A DNA stretch of 38,613 bases from a virus. Lineage: Duplodnaviria > Caudoviricetes. Where the stretch lies: positions 1 to 38,613 of IMG/VR virus record IMGVR_UViG_3300014838_000041. One strand, given 5' to 3'. The first letter of the stretch is position 1; each line of letters begins with the position of its first letter. The position numbers and the translations under genes are program-made. Below the pieces are notes generated by a model. That model had not been told where the DNA came from. It saw nothing but the letters and a program-made list of their open reading frames with translations, and made no database searches. Of the stretch, positions 8,463 to 16,245 are shown in pieces.

Positions 8463-9272
8463 ATGAACAAGGGACAGAATCGAGGGCATTGCCAGGTTTG
8501 CGGCCGCATCCAGGTGGTGCTGCCGAACGGTCTGGTCGCCAAGCATGGCTACCGGGTCGCCGGGTTCGGCTTCTTCAGCGGTGTCTGCTTTGGCAGCCGC
8601 CACCAGCCGCTGCAGATCGAGCGCCTGGTCACCGACCAGATCATGGCCAACCTGGTGAGCCAGGCGCAGAGCAACGAGGTGCGGGCGATGGCGCTCCGCG
8701 GCGGCATGCTGAACCCGGAGCAGGCGCAGAAGCTGGAGTTCTGGGGCAGCCGCGTGTGGAAGTGGGTGGGCGAGGGTCGCATGAAGGCCCGGGAGCCGGT
8801 CATGGTCCCCTGGAGCGACGCCAGCGCCGAGGAGCGAGAGCGGCAGATCGAGCTGGAAGCTGGCGAGTGCGAGATGTTCGCGCGCCACGCCCGCAGCCAC
8901 GTCAAGAGCCTCGGCGAGCTGATCGCCAAGGTCCACGGCCAGCCCCTGATCGACCGCGACCAGGAAGAGCTGGACAAGGTCGCTGTGCGGACCGCGAAGA
9001 AGGCCCCCATTGAGGGCGCCTACCGGACCAAGCAGGCCCAGAAGGACGACCTGGAGCGCCTCAACCGCGAGTTCAGCAAGCTGAGCCAGGCGATGCAGGC
9101 GGTTGGCGTCTACTACATGGACATCCCGTTCGACCTCCACAACTTCAACCAGAATCGCCTGTCCAAGCTGATGCACCAGTACGGCGGCACCGACGCGAAA
9201 AACCTGTTCCTCGAAGCTGCCGGGCTATACGCCGCCAGGGTCGAGATCAAGTCCCGGCCGGTGATTAAGTAA
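8463..9272 (+). CDS. Hypothetical protein with N-terminal zinc-binding motif
   Basis: CAGGAG RBS; GHCQVCGR...KHGY...CFGS. Confidence 0.75.
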   Translation: MNKGQNRGHCQVCGRIQVVLPNGLVAKHGYRVAGFGFFSGVCFGSRHQPLQIERLVTDQIMANLVSQAQSNEVRAMALRGGMLNPEQAQKLEFWGSRVWKWVGEGRMKAREPVMVPWSDASAEERERQIELEAGECEMFARHARSHVKSLGELIAKVHGQPLIDRDQEELDKVAVRTAKKAPIEGAYRTKQAQKDDLERLNREFSKLSQAMQAVGVYYMDIPFDLHNFNQNRLSKLMHQYGGTDAKNLFLEAAGLYAARVEIKSRPVIK

Positions 9273-9286
9273 AAGTCACGATGGTA

Positions 9287-9327
9287 TTGCAAGGCTCAGT
9301 GGGTGGGCGTATAGTCCACTCACTGAG
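9287..9327 (+). promoter_or_regulatory. Sigma70 promoter with -10 in the loop of a 12-bp inverted repeat
   Basis: TTGCAA (9287-92)-N17-TATAGT (9310-15). IR CTCAGTGGGTGG (9295-9306)/CCACTCACTGAG (9316-27). Confidence 0.8.
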
Positions 9328-9345
9328 ACCTGAAAGGAGATTGAA

Positions 9346-9525
9346 ATGGAACTAAAAGTGAGCATACGCAACGTCTACGGCACCGACCGGATCTACCCGG
9401 CTGACGCCATGACCCGCAACGTCGCCAAACGCCTGGGCGTCAAGACCTTCAACCACGACCAGATCGAAATGCTGAAAGAGCTGGGTCACACCGTCGTCGC
9501 CGACGCGCAGCCGGTGCAGCTGTGA
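9346..9525 (+). CDS. Small phage protein (NVYG...YP type), 59 aa, absent from ORF track
   Basis: AAGGAG RBS; MELKVSIRNVYGTDRIYP...KTF...LKELG. Confidence 0.75.
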   Translation: MELKVSIRNVYGTDRIYPADAMTRNVAKRLGVKTFNHDQIEMLKELGHTVVADAQPVQL

Positions 9526-11033
9526 GCGCCCTCGCAGCCGCCATCGCGCGCACCTGGTCCCCGTACCAGGAACGGATCTACGACTTTGGCGTGAACGGCA
9601 AGGGCAACGCCATCGTCAAGGCCGTCGCGGGCTCGGGCAAGACCACCACGCTGGTCGAGCTGATCAAGCGCATGCAGGCGAAGTTCCCCGGCATGAACAG
9701 CATCTTCCTCGCCTTCAACAAGTCCATCGCCGAGGAGCTGAAGTCGCGCGGTGTAAACGCCCGCACCTTCCACTCGCTCACCTACGGCCCGGTCACCAAG
9801 GCCCGCCAGGTCCGCGAGGTCAAGACCGAGAAGATGCGCGACGTGATCAACGACCGCATCGGCGACGACGAGGCCCGGCTCTACAGCCAGTTTCTGCAGA
9901 AGCTCGTCGGCCTCGGCAAGCAGTCCGGCATCGGCTGCCTGATCCCGGACTCGGAGGAGAACTGGATCGACCTCGCCGAGCACCACGACCTGTCCCTGGA
10001 CAGCGACAAGGCCGACTACCACCAGGCCATCAAGTACGCCTCGCTGATGCTGCAGGCGTCGAACAACGCGAACAGCCTGGACTTCGACGACTTGCTGTAC
10101 CTGGCCGTCAAGGACGGGATCAGCCTGCCGAAGTTCGATCTAATCCTGGTCGACGAGTTCCAGGACACCAACTCGATCCAGATCGCGGTGCTCCGCAAGA
10201 TCATGAAGCCCAACAGCCGCGTGTTCGCGGTGGGTGACCCGGCGCAGTCGATCTACGGCTTCCGCGGCGCCGAGTCCGGCATCATGGAGCGCTTCGTCGA
10301 GGAGTTCCAGGCCACCGAGCTGCCGCTCACCGTCAGCTACCGCTGCCCGAAGTCGGTCGTCAAGCACGCGCAGAAGTGGGTCTCGCACATCGAGCACCAC
10401 GAGGACGCGGCCGACGGCAAGGTGGTCATGGTCGAGGAGTGGGACTACTCGATGTTCCAGCCCGCTGACCTGGTGGTCTCGCGCACCACGGCGCCGGTCA
10501 TCGGCCTCGCGTTCAAGCTCCTCCGGAACCACATCCCGGCTCGCATCATGGGCCGCGACATCGGCGCCGGTCTCAAGAGCCTGATCAAGCGGATGAACGC
10601 CAAGGGCATCGACGCCCTCGAAGAGAAGATCGTCGCCTGGCGCGAGCGTGAGGTCGAGAAGGCCATTGCGAAGCGCCAGGAGGCCCAGGCCGAGGCGATC
10701 CACGACAAGGCGTCGGCTATCCTCTTCCTGGCCCGCAGCCTCCTGGAGACCGACAGGACGGTTCCGGCGCTGGTCAACCTGATCGACACCCTGTTCGCCG
10801 ACAAAGCCAACGCGGTCACCCTGTCGACCATCCACAAAGCCAAGGGCATGGAGGCCGACCGAGTGTTCTGGCTGAACAGCTCCAAGTGCCCGGCCAAGTG
10901 GGCCCGCCAGGAGTGGCAGCAGGAGCAGGAGCGGAACCTTTGCTACGTCGCAACAACCCGGGCCAAGAAAGAGTTGCACCTGATCGAGGATTCGGACTAC
11001 AATGACCGCACAGACAAACGAGAGGTGAAGTGA
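9522..11033 (+). CDS. UvrD/Rep-like SF1 helicase
   Basis: AVAGSGKTT, TFHS, LVDEFQD, VGDPAQSIYGFRGA, SYRCP, STIHKAKGME, YVATTRA. Confidence 0.93.
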   Translation: MSALAAAIARTWSPYQERIYDFGVNGKGNAIVKAVAGSGKTTTLVELIKRMQAKFPGMNSIFLAFNKSIAEELKSRGVNARTFHSLTYGPVTKARQVREVKTEKMRDVINDRIGDDEARLYSQFLQKLVGLGKQSGIGCLIPDSEENWIDLAEHHDLSLDSDKADYHQAIKYASLMLQASNNANSLDFDDLLYLAVKDGISLPKFDLILVDEFQDTNSIQIAVLRKIMKPNSRVFAVGDPAQSIYGFRGAESGIMERFVEEFQATELPLTVSYRCPKSVVKHAQKWVSHIEHHEDAADGKVVMVEEWDYSMFQPADLVVSRTTAPVIGLAFKLLRNHIPARIMGRDIGAGLKSLIKRMNAKGIDALEEKIVAWREREVEKAIAKRQEAQAEAIHDKASAILFLARSLLETDRTVPALVNLIDTLFADKANAVTLSTIHKAKGMEADRVFWLNSSKCPAKWARQEWQQEQERNLCYVATTRAKKELHLIEDSDYNDRTDKREVK

Positions 11034-11034
11034 C

Positions 11035-11427
11035 ATGACCAGCAAGACAAACTCCAACGCCGCCCTCGGCGACGTGCGCTCCACCAGCCACGACGCCGCG
11101 AGCGCCAACGTCCACGGCTACGTGGGCACCATCGAGGACTCCCTGGCGCAGATCCGCGCCGAGGCCGACGTCGCCCGCCCCTACTGGCCGCTCAACATGA
11201 GCCGGGAGCGGTACGAGCTGCTCGGGTTCCTGAACCAGCGCAGCAAGCACGTCACGGCCCGCCGCGGTCCCTCGGTCGAGATGGACGAGGTGAACGAGAG
11301 CAGCTACGGCGTGCCCGAGGCGCCGGTCGAGCCGGGCTTCTACACCCTCGCGTACGCTCAGAAGCACTTCCCGCAGAACTTCAAGCGCGACCACGAGTTT
11401 CCAGTCAACTGGGGTTTACCGTCATGA
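11035..11427 (+). CDS. Hypothetical protein
   Basis: GAGGTG RBS, codon bias. Confidence 0.65.
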   Translation: MTSKTNSNAALGDVRSTSHDAASANVHGYVGTIEDSLAQIRAEADVARPYWPLNMSRERYELLGFLNQRSKHVTARRGPSVEMDEVNESSYGVPEAPVEPGFYTLAYAQKHFPQNFKRDHEFPVNWGLPS

Positions 11428-11496
11428 ATCCGACCCTTTTCATCGTCCTCATGTGGACGGTCGTCCCGGCGCTCTGCCTCTACCTGGCGACTCTCA

Positions 11497-11736
11497 GTGA
11501 GCGGTGAGCGCTGCGCCGGAGTCAAGCTCAGTGGCGCCCACCGCGGTGAGCAGTGCGGCGGCAGGGGCCACTACGCCTTCCGCGGCAAGATGTACTGCGC
11601 GTCCCACCGGACGATAGCCGCAGCAGCCCCGTACGAGTTCACAGCGGCGCGCAACACCCTGTACCGGCGCCTGGGCAGGGCCGAGGCCGAGCGCGCCGCC
11701 CAGGCCGCCCAGGTGGACGCATTCGAGGTGCTATAA
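11497..11736 (+). CDS. Small C3H zinc-finger protein
   Basis: RC...GEQC...YCASH. Confidence 0.55.
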   Translation: MSGERCAGVKLSGAHRGEQCGGRGHYAFRGKMYCASHRTIAAAAPYEFTAARNTLYRRLGRAEAERAAQAAQVDAFEVL

Positions 11737-11737
11737 T
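11729..11737 (+). promoter_or_regulatory. Extended -10 promoter before putative TerS
   Basis: TGCTATAAT. Confidence 0.6.
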
Positions 11738-11769
11738 GGCCGGGTCATCAACCATCAAGGCTAGCCCAA

Positions 11770-12405
11770 ATGGCAGGCGCAGAACAAACCCCGGAAGCCA
11801 CCCCTGGCGATCCGGATACGGGGTATTCCGAGGAGCTAAATCTCAAGCACCTGCGCTTCCTGGCGCTGGGCGGGGGCTCGGACATCCAGATGGACATGAA
11901 GGCGTGGACGCCGCTGTCCGAGCTGATCACGCCGCTGCACCGGAAGATCGTGTTCGACCTGGCAGCCTCGGGGATCTCGAACCAGGACGTCGCGGACGTA
12001 GTCGGGATCAGCAAGGAGCGGCTGCAGACCCTGTTCGAGCAGGAGCTGAAGAGCGCGTACCAGCTGTGCCACGCATCGCTTGCGCGGAGCTTGTACTTCC
12101 AGGGGATCTCTGGGGACGGCAAGGCGGCCGAGGTCTGGCTGAAGCTCCACAATCGTTCCAAGTGGGCGACCAAGACCCAGGTGAGTGGAACTGAGGAGGG
12201 TGCGCCGATCAAGACAGAGGACCAGGGCGCAAAGAGCTTGCTCAACGAATTACTGTCGGGCATGCTAACCTCGAAGAAGCTGAAGGGTGCCGAGAAACCG
12301 GCGCCGAAGCAGCTAGAGAAGACGGACGCGAAGATGCTGGAGGCGCCAGCACCGCGCAAGAGTTCGAAACCCAAGGTGATCAAGAAAGTGAGGCAGGAAT
12401 CGTGA
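11770..12405 (+). CDS. HTH protein, probable terminase small subunit
   Basis: HTH GISNQDVADVVGIS, helical hairpin SLY...GDGKAAEVWLK, tail SGTEEGAPI. Confidence 0.55.
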   Translation: MAGAEQTPEATPGDPDTGYSEELNLKHLRFLALGGGSDIQMDMKAWTPLSELITPLHRKIVFDLAASGISNQDVADVVGISKERLQTLFEQELKSAYQLCHASLARSLYFQGISGDGKAAEVWLKLHNRSKWATKTQVSGTEEGAPIKTEDQGAKSLLNELLSGMLTSKKLKGAEKPAPKQLEKTDAKMLEAPAPRKSSKPKVIKKVRQES

Positions 12406-12749
12406 ACGAATACACCGACAACTCGGCTAAGCTCCGCGCGACCTCGGAATACACCGGCATCCCCAACAAGAGCAAGCAGTCAGCTGACTACACCCGTGGC
12501 TACACCGACGGTGTCGCCAAGGCTGCCGAGGTCAACCGCCTGCTCGACAAGCGCACCGCTGAGCTGATCAACCAGCTCTACCACGACCGCGCCCGGCTGG
12601 AGTCCGTAATCGCCAAGCACCTCAAGGTCCTGGAGTACTACGGCGACGACAGCAAGATCGACTTCGTGGACAAGGAGGCAGGGACAGAGTACGCGACCGA
12701 GTTCACTGTCTACCTGCAGTCGTTCTACGACGCGAATGTCGACGGTTGA
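12402..12749 (+). CDS. Hypothetical protein
   Basis: GTGA coupling. Confidence 0.6.
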   Translation: MNEYTDNSAKLRATSEYTGIPNKSKQSADYTRGYTDGVAKAAEVNRLLDKRTAELINQLYHDRARLESVIAKHLKVLEYYGDDSKIDFVDKEAGTEYATEFTVYLQSFYDANVDG

Positions 12750-13125
12750 CGTCAAGTTCGAGCAGCTGCCGACCGGAGCCGCCTTGAAGATCGACCAGTC
12801 CGACGGGCCCCTGATCGTCATCGAGCAAGACGGCAACGTCACGGTGACCAGGGGCCCGCACAACGAGGCTGGCCGATTGTTCTGGGAGGCTGTCAAGATC
12901 CACGGGGACACGTACCGTGAGAAGATCGCCCGCCAGGCTGCCATGATCGAGGAGCTGCGCCAGGTGGCGAGCACCCTGCAGCATGACCCGTGGCGCGAGG
13001 CAGTCAGCAACGGTTTAAACGTCTGGAACAAGATCCCCAAGGCCGCGCGCAAGACCATTACCCGTACCGACATGCACGCCGTGCTCGAAGCAGTGACACG
13101 GCTCGCGATGGAAAAAATGCAGTGA
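12736..13125 (+). CDS. Hypothetical protein (paralog of 13301..13591)
   Basis: I-x-x-DG-x-V...FWEAVKIHG motif. Confidence 0.65.
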   Translation: MSTVDVKFEQLPTGAALKIDQSDGPLIVIEQDGNVTVTRGPHNEAGRLFWEAVKIHGDTYREKIARQAAMIEELRQVASTLQHDPWREAVSNGLNVWNKIPKAARKTITRTDMHAVLEAVTRLAMEKMQ

Positions 13126-13304
13126 GATACCTGGTGACATTTCAGAAGATCCACACCCAAGAGATCGAGGCCAAGGACATCGACGCCGCGGCGCGCGTTG
13201 CCTGCGCCATCGTCCTGGGCCAGCCGAAGGACAGCGTCAAGGTCCTGAGCATCCTGCCCGGCGCCGACGCACGCCTCGGCTACAACCCGCCCGGTGCCGC
13301 ATGA
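13122..13304 (+). CDS. Small hypothetical protein
   Basis: GTGA/ATGA coupling; RYLVTF...IEAKD...A. Confidence 0.6.
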   Translation: MRYLVTFQKIHTQEIEAKDIDAAARVACAIVLGQPKDSVKVLSILPGADARLGYNPPGAA

Positions 13305-13591
13305 GCGACATGGAGCCGATCACCCTGACCGCCCCGCCCGTGGTCAACCTGCTGTCCCTCAACGACACAGACGGCAACCCCATCGTCACCATCGGCCCCG
13401 ACGGCACCGTGAGGATCTTCCAGCTCGGAGCTGAGCCCAAGGCCGCCAAGGTGTTTTGGGATGCGATCCATATCCACGGGGTGACGCTCTTCAACCAGAT
13501 CGAGAACCTGAAGCAGGACCTAAAGATCATGCGCCAGCGCCTGGAGGGCGACATCCGCGTGATCCAGAGGCTCAATAGGTCGCCCCAGTGA
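13301..13591 (+). CDS. Hypothetical protein (paralog of 12736..13125)
   Basis: I-x-x-DG-x-V...FWDAIHIHG motif. Confidence 0.65.
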   Translation: MSDMEPITLTAPPVVNLLSLNDTDGNPIVTIGPDGTVRIFQLGAEPKAAKVFWDAIHIHGVTLFNQIENLKQDLKIMRQRLEGDIRVIQRLNRSPQ

Positions 13592-13779
13592 ACTTCCCCG
13601 GCTTCGACTTCCTGCTGCAACAGGTGGCCGCGCTCGAAGCCATCGGCAAGACCAGGCTGCAGCACAGCCAGCCGGACTACCTCAAGCACGAGAACAAGCG
13701 TATGCTTGAATGCGCAGACGCATTTGAGACCAGTCGACAACTCGCAAAGTACGGCGTCCCGTACGAGGAACCGAAATGA
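13588..13779 (+). CDS. Hypothetical protein
   Basis: Coupled on both sides. Confidence 0.55.
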   Translation: MNFPGFDFLLQQVAALEAIGKTRLQHSQPDYLKHENKRMLECADAFETSRQLAKYGVPYEEPK

Positions 13780-14195
13780 CACAGAAATTCTTCACCGGCA
13801 TCCGCAACGGCATCTTGCTCAGCATCCCGCTCTGGATGCTGATCATCTGGGCAGCCAAGGCTTTCGCAGGAGAGCACGGTGGCATAGATCCCTGGATGGA
13901 CGCGAACCAGGCGGCATTCAAGGAGCCGGTGATCCTGGTGTGGCAAGATTGCCCAAAGCCGAAGGACAAGGGCGCGCCCGACGCCGAGGAGAACCCGCTC
14001 GCGATGCTGTTCGGTGGCGGCGAGCCACAGTGCACGCTGCACTCGAAGTACATCTTCGCCCCGAGCGTGACAGGCGGCAAGGCCGTGGTGTGCTTCAGGC
14101 CAACCCACGAGCGCCTGACGCAGTGTCTGTACAAGGAAGACAAGACCGACGCGACCGAGATCTTCACGATCCTGGCGCAGGGCGAGCACATATGA
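13776..14195 (+). CDS. Exported or membrane-anchored protein with 4 Cys
   Basis: N-terminal hydrophobic helix ending AKAFA. Confidence 0.65.
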   Translation: MTQKFFTGIRNGILLSIPLWMLIIWAAKAFAGEHGGIDPWMDANQAAFKEPVILVWQDCPKPKDKGAPDAEENPLAMLFGGGEPQCTLHSKYIFAPSVTGGKAVVCFRPTHERLTQCLYKEDKTDATEIFTILAQGEHI

Positions 14196-14266
14196 GCCGG
14201 GTGCTGCAGACGATCAACATCGTGGCGCCGGACGGCAACCTCAAGCAGTGCCCGTAGGAGACATTT

Positions 14267-14782
14267 GTGAGCAAAATTGTAGCGTATATTCGACAGCTGG
14301 TAGGGAACGGCAAGGCAGCCACGATTGGCATCTTCGCGTTCATCCTGCTGCTGATCTTTATGTTCCACCGCGCGCACGCCGCGGAGGTGGACGTGAGCGC
14401 TGGCAGTTCTTTTGGCACACAAGGGACTGGTCCTGTCCTGGGATTGGCCATCAGAGAGCCAATTGCGCCAAACAAGGGGCTCGACTGGGTCGCCGGAACA
14501 GACCTGTGGGGCTCGACCACGCTGCACGGTGAGACCGTCCCTAACAACTGGGACTGGCACGCAGAGCTGGAAGGGTGCAAGGGACCGGTGTGCGCAGGCA
14601 TCGGCCCGGCGTACGTACAGCGCGTCGACTCGGTCAACGGCGCGCACACGAACTTCTACCTGGGACTGCGGTGGCAGATCGCGCCGCGCGTAGCGCTCAC
14701 CCTGGGGCACATCAGCGACGCAGGCACCAGCTCACCTAACGTGGGCAGACAGGCGCTCATGCTCACCTGGAAGCTCCAATGA
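14267..14782 (+). CDS. PagL-like outer-membrane beta-barrel (lipid A deacylase homolog)
   Basis: AGGAG RBS; signal peptide ending AHA; alternating strands; C-terminal HISDAG...PNVG motif. Confidence 0.72.
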   Translation: MSKIVAYIRQLVGNGKAATIGIFAFILLLIFMFHRAHAAEVDVSAGSSFGTQGTGPVLGLAIREPIAPNKGLDWVAGTDLWGSTTLHGETVPNNWDWHAELEGCKGPVCAGIGPAYVQRVDSVNGAHTNFYLGLRWQIAPRVALTLGHISDAGTSSPNVGRQALMLTWKLQ

Positions 14783-15057
14783 GCGAGGTACCGACCAAGA
14801 CCATGTGGAGCACCATCGGCGCGGTGTTCGGCACCCAGGACGGCATGGACGTCATCTGCGTCACCGTCGCGGCCGACGGCAAGCAGTACTCGGTGAGCAT
14901 CGCAGGCCCCGAGGGCATGAAGGCGCAAGGGTTCATCGGAGCCGCGCGCGCCGCGACAGCTGTGCTGCTGCAGGCAGTGGGGGCTGACATGAAACTCGTA
15001 GGTGCCATGACCCTCGAAGACTCTGAGTTTGACACAGGAGACCAGCGTGCTAACTAG
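14779..15057 (+). CDS. Hypothetical protein
   Basis: ATGA coupling. Confidence 0.6.
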   Translation: MSEVPTKTMWSTIGAVFGTQDGMDVICVTVAADGKQYSVSIAGPEGMKAQGFIGAARAATAVLLQAVGADMKLVGAMTLEDSEFDTGDQRAN

Positions 15058-15307
15058 ACGTAGATTCTTCCAGGGACTCGGCGCGGTCGCGGTAGCTGCC
15101 CCAGTCGCCGCGAAAGCCCTGAGCCAACCGGCACCAGTGGTAGACGCATCGCCGTACCTCACCCCTAAGGACACCTGGTTCCTGAAGACCGACCACGACG
15201 TCCCAACGTACAAGCGCACCGGCAACCGGCTGATGACCGCCGCGGAGATGCGCCGCATCCTTGAGCCAGGTTTAAACGCTGCCTTCGAGTCTGTGTATGG
15301 CAAGTGA
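15047..15307 (+). CDS. Twin-arginine-signal protein containing major-capsid-derived segments
   Basis: AGGAG RBS, GTG start; TRRRFFQGLGAVAVAAPVAAKA; two segments align with the capsid protein in this window. Confidence 0.75.
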   Translation: MLTRRRFFQGLGAVAVAAPVAAKALSQPAPVVDASPYLTPKDTWFLKTDHDVPTYKRTGNRLMTAAEMRRILEPGLNAAFESVYGK

Positions 15308-15788
15308 CAAGGAAGCCCTCGACTACGCTATTGACGTACTGCGCATGCACGTCGGCGACATGTCCCCCATCTCCCCAGCACAGGTCAAGGCGTACCTGGG
15401 CGACATCTCCCGGCTGCGCTACCCGCTCCAGGTAGTAAATCGCGACATGCCCACTATCACGGTGTGCTCCCTGTGCGGCACCGAGGCCAAGAACGCCCCC
15501 GGCATTGGGCTGTACTGCCCGAACCTTGAGTGCAAGAACGCTGACGGCCCGATGCGCCGGACGTTTGCTGAGGATACCTCAGCCACTCCACGCGCGCATG
15601 AGAGCCGCGAGGCGATGGCCGCGGACATCCTCAACCGCGCGTTCTTCCAGGACTTCTGGTGCTGCGAGCACCACCCGAGCTGCTTCGACAACTTCCAGAA
15701 CCGACGCACCCACAAGTGCGGCCTGTGCACCGAGCCGCCAACCTGGTACAGCCACGGACGCATGCGTAAGCCGCTGAGCTGGGCATGA
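15297..15788 (+). CDS. Cys-rich zinc-binding hypothetical protein
   Basis: CSLCG...YCPNLEC and CCEHHPSC...CGLC. Confidence 0.65.
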   Translation: MASDKEALDYAIDVLRMHVGDMSPISPAQVKAYLGDISRLRYPLQVVNRDMPTITVCSLCGTEAKNAPGIGLYCPNLECKNADGPMRRTFAEDTSATPRAHESREAMAADILNRAFFQDFWCCEHHPSCFDNFQNRRTHKCGLCTEPPTWYSHGRMRKPLSWA

Positions 15789-15961
15789 GCGACAAGATCT
15801 CGGACGACACGCTGAAGAAGCATGAGTGCTATGGCTCTCCAAAGCGCCGCAACGGACACGCAGATTATTGCGTTTGTCCTAGGTGCGTGCCTTTGCCAGA
15901 CGATGACTCTACCCAGGCAGCCATCCCCACACCAGTCAACCCATGGAACGGTATCCCGTGA
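15785..15961 (+). CDS. Small Cys/His protein (58 aa)
   Basis: ATGA and GTGA coupling; HEC...H...CVCPRC. Confidence 0.5.
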   Translation: MSDKISDDTLKKHECYGSPKRRNGHADYCVCPRCVPLPDDDSTQAAIPTPVNPWNGIP

Positions 15962-16245
15962 CCGAAGAGACGCTAGTCAAGGCAGCCATCGCCGCGCACA
16001 ACGCACTGGATGCCTGTGGGCTCAAGGTGATTCTGTGCCGGAATGCGATGAACACCGACGCCGTGCGCCGCGACCTGTGGAACATGTGCACCTGGTTCAC
16101 CAGCGAGGCACTGTGGATGTATGACAATGGGGAAGAGACGGCCGCGCGGAACCTGGCGCTGGTGGCCAACCTACTGAGTGAGCACCTGAAGTTTGCACGT
16201 GAGCTGCGCGAGAAACCAGATGCGTGCAAGCCTCAGACCTCGTAG
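15958..16245 (+). CDS. Hypothetical protein
   Basis: ORF directly before TerL. Confidence 0.55.
   Translation: MTEETLVKAAIAAHNALDACGLKVILCRNAMNTDAVRRDLWNMCTWFTSEALWMYDNGEETAARNLALVANLLSEHLKFARELREKPDACKPQTS

Noticed and set aside
14192-14257. 21-codon ORF MSRVLQTINIVAPDGNLKQCP (and 27-codon ORF at 11424-11507)
   Set aside because: Coupled starts are suggestive, but they are too short to support without homologs.
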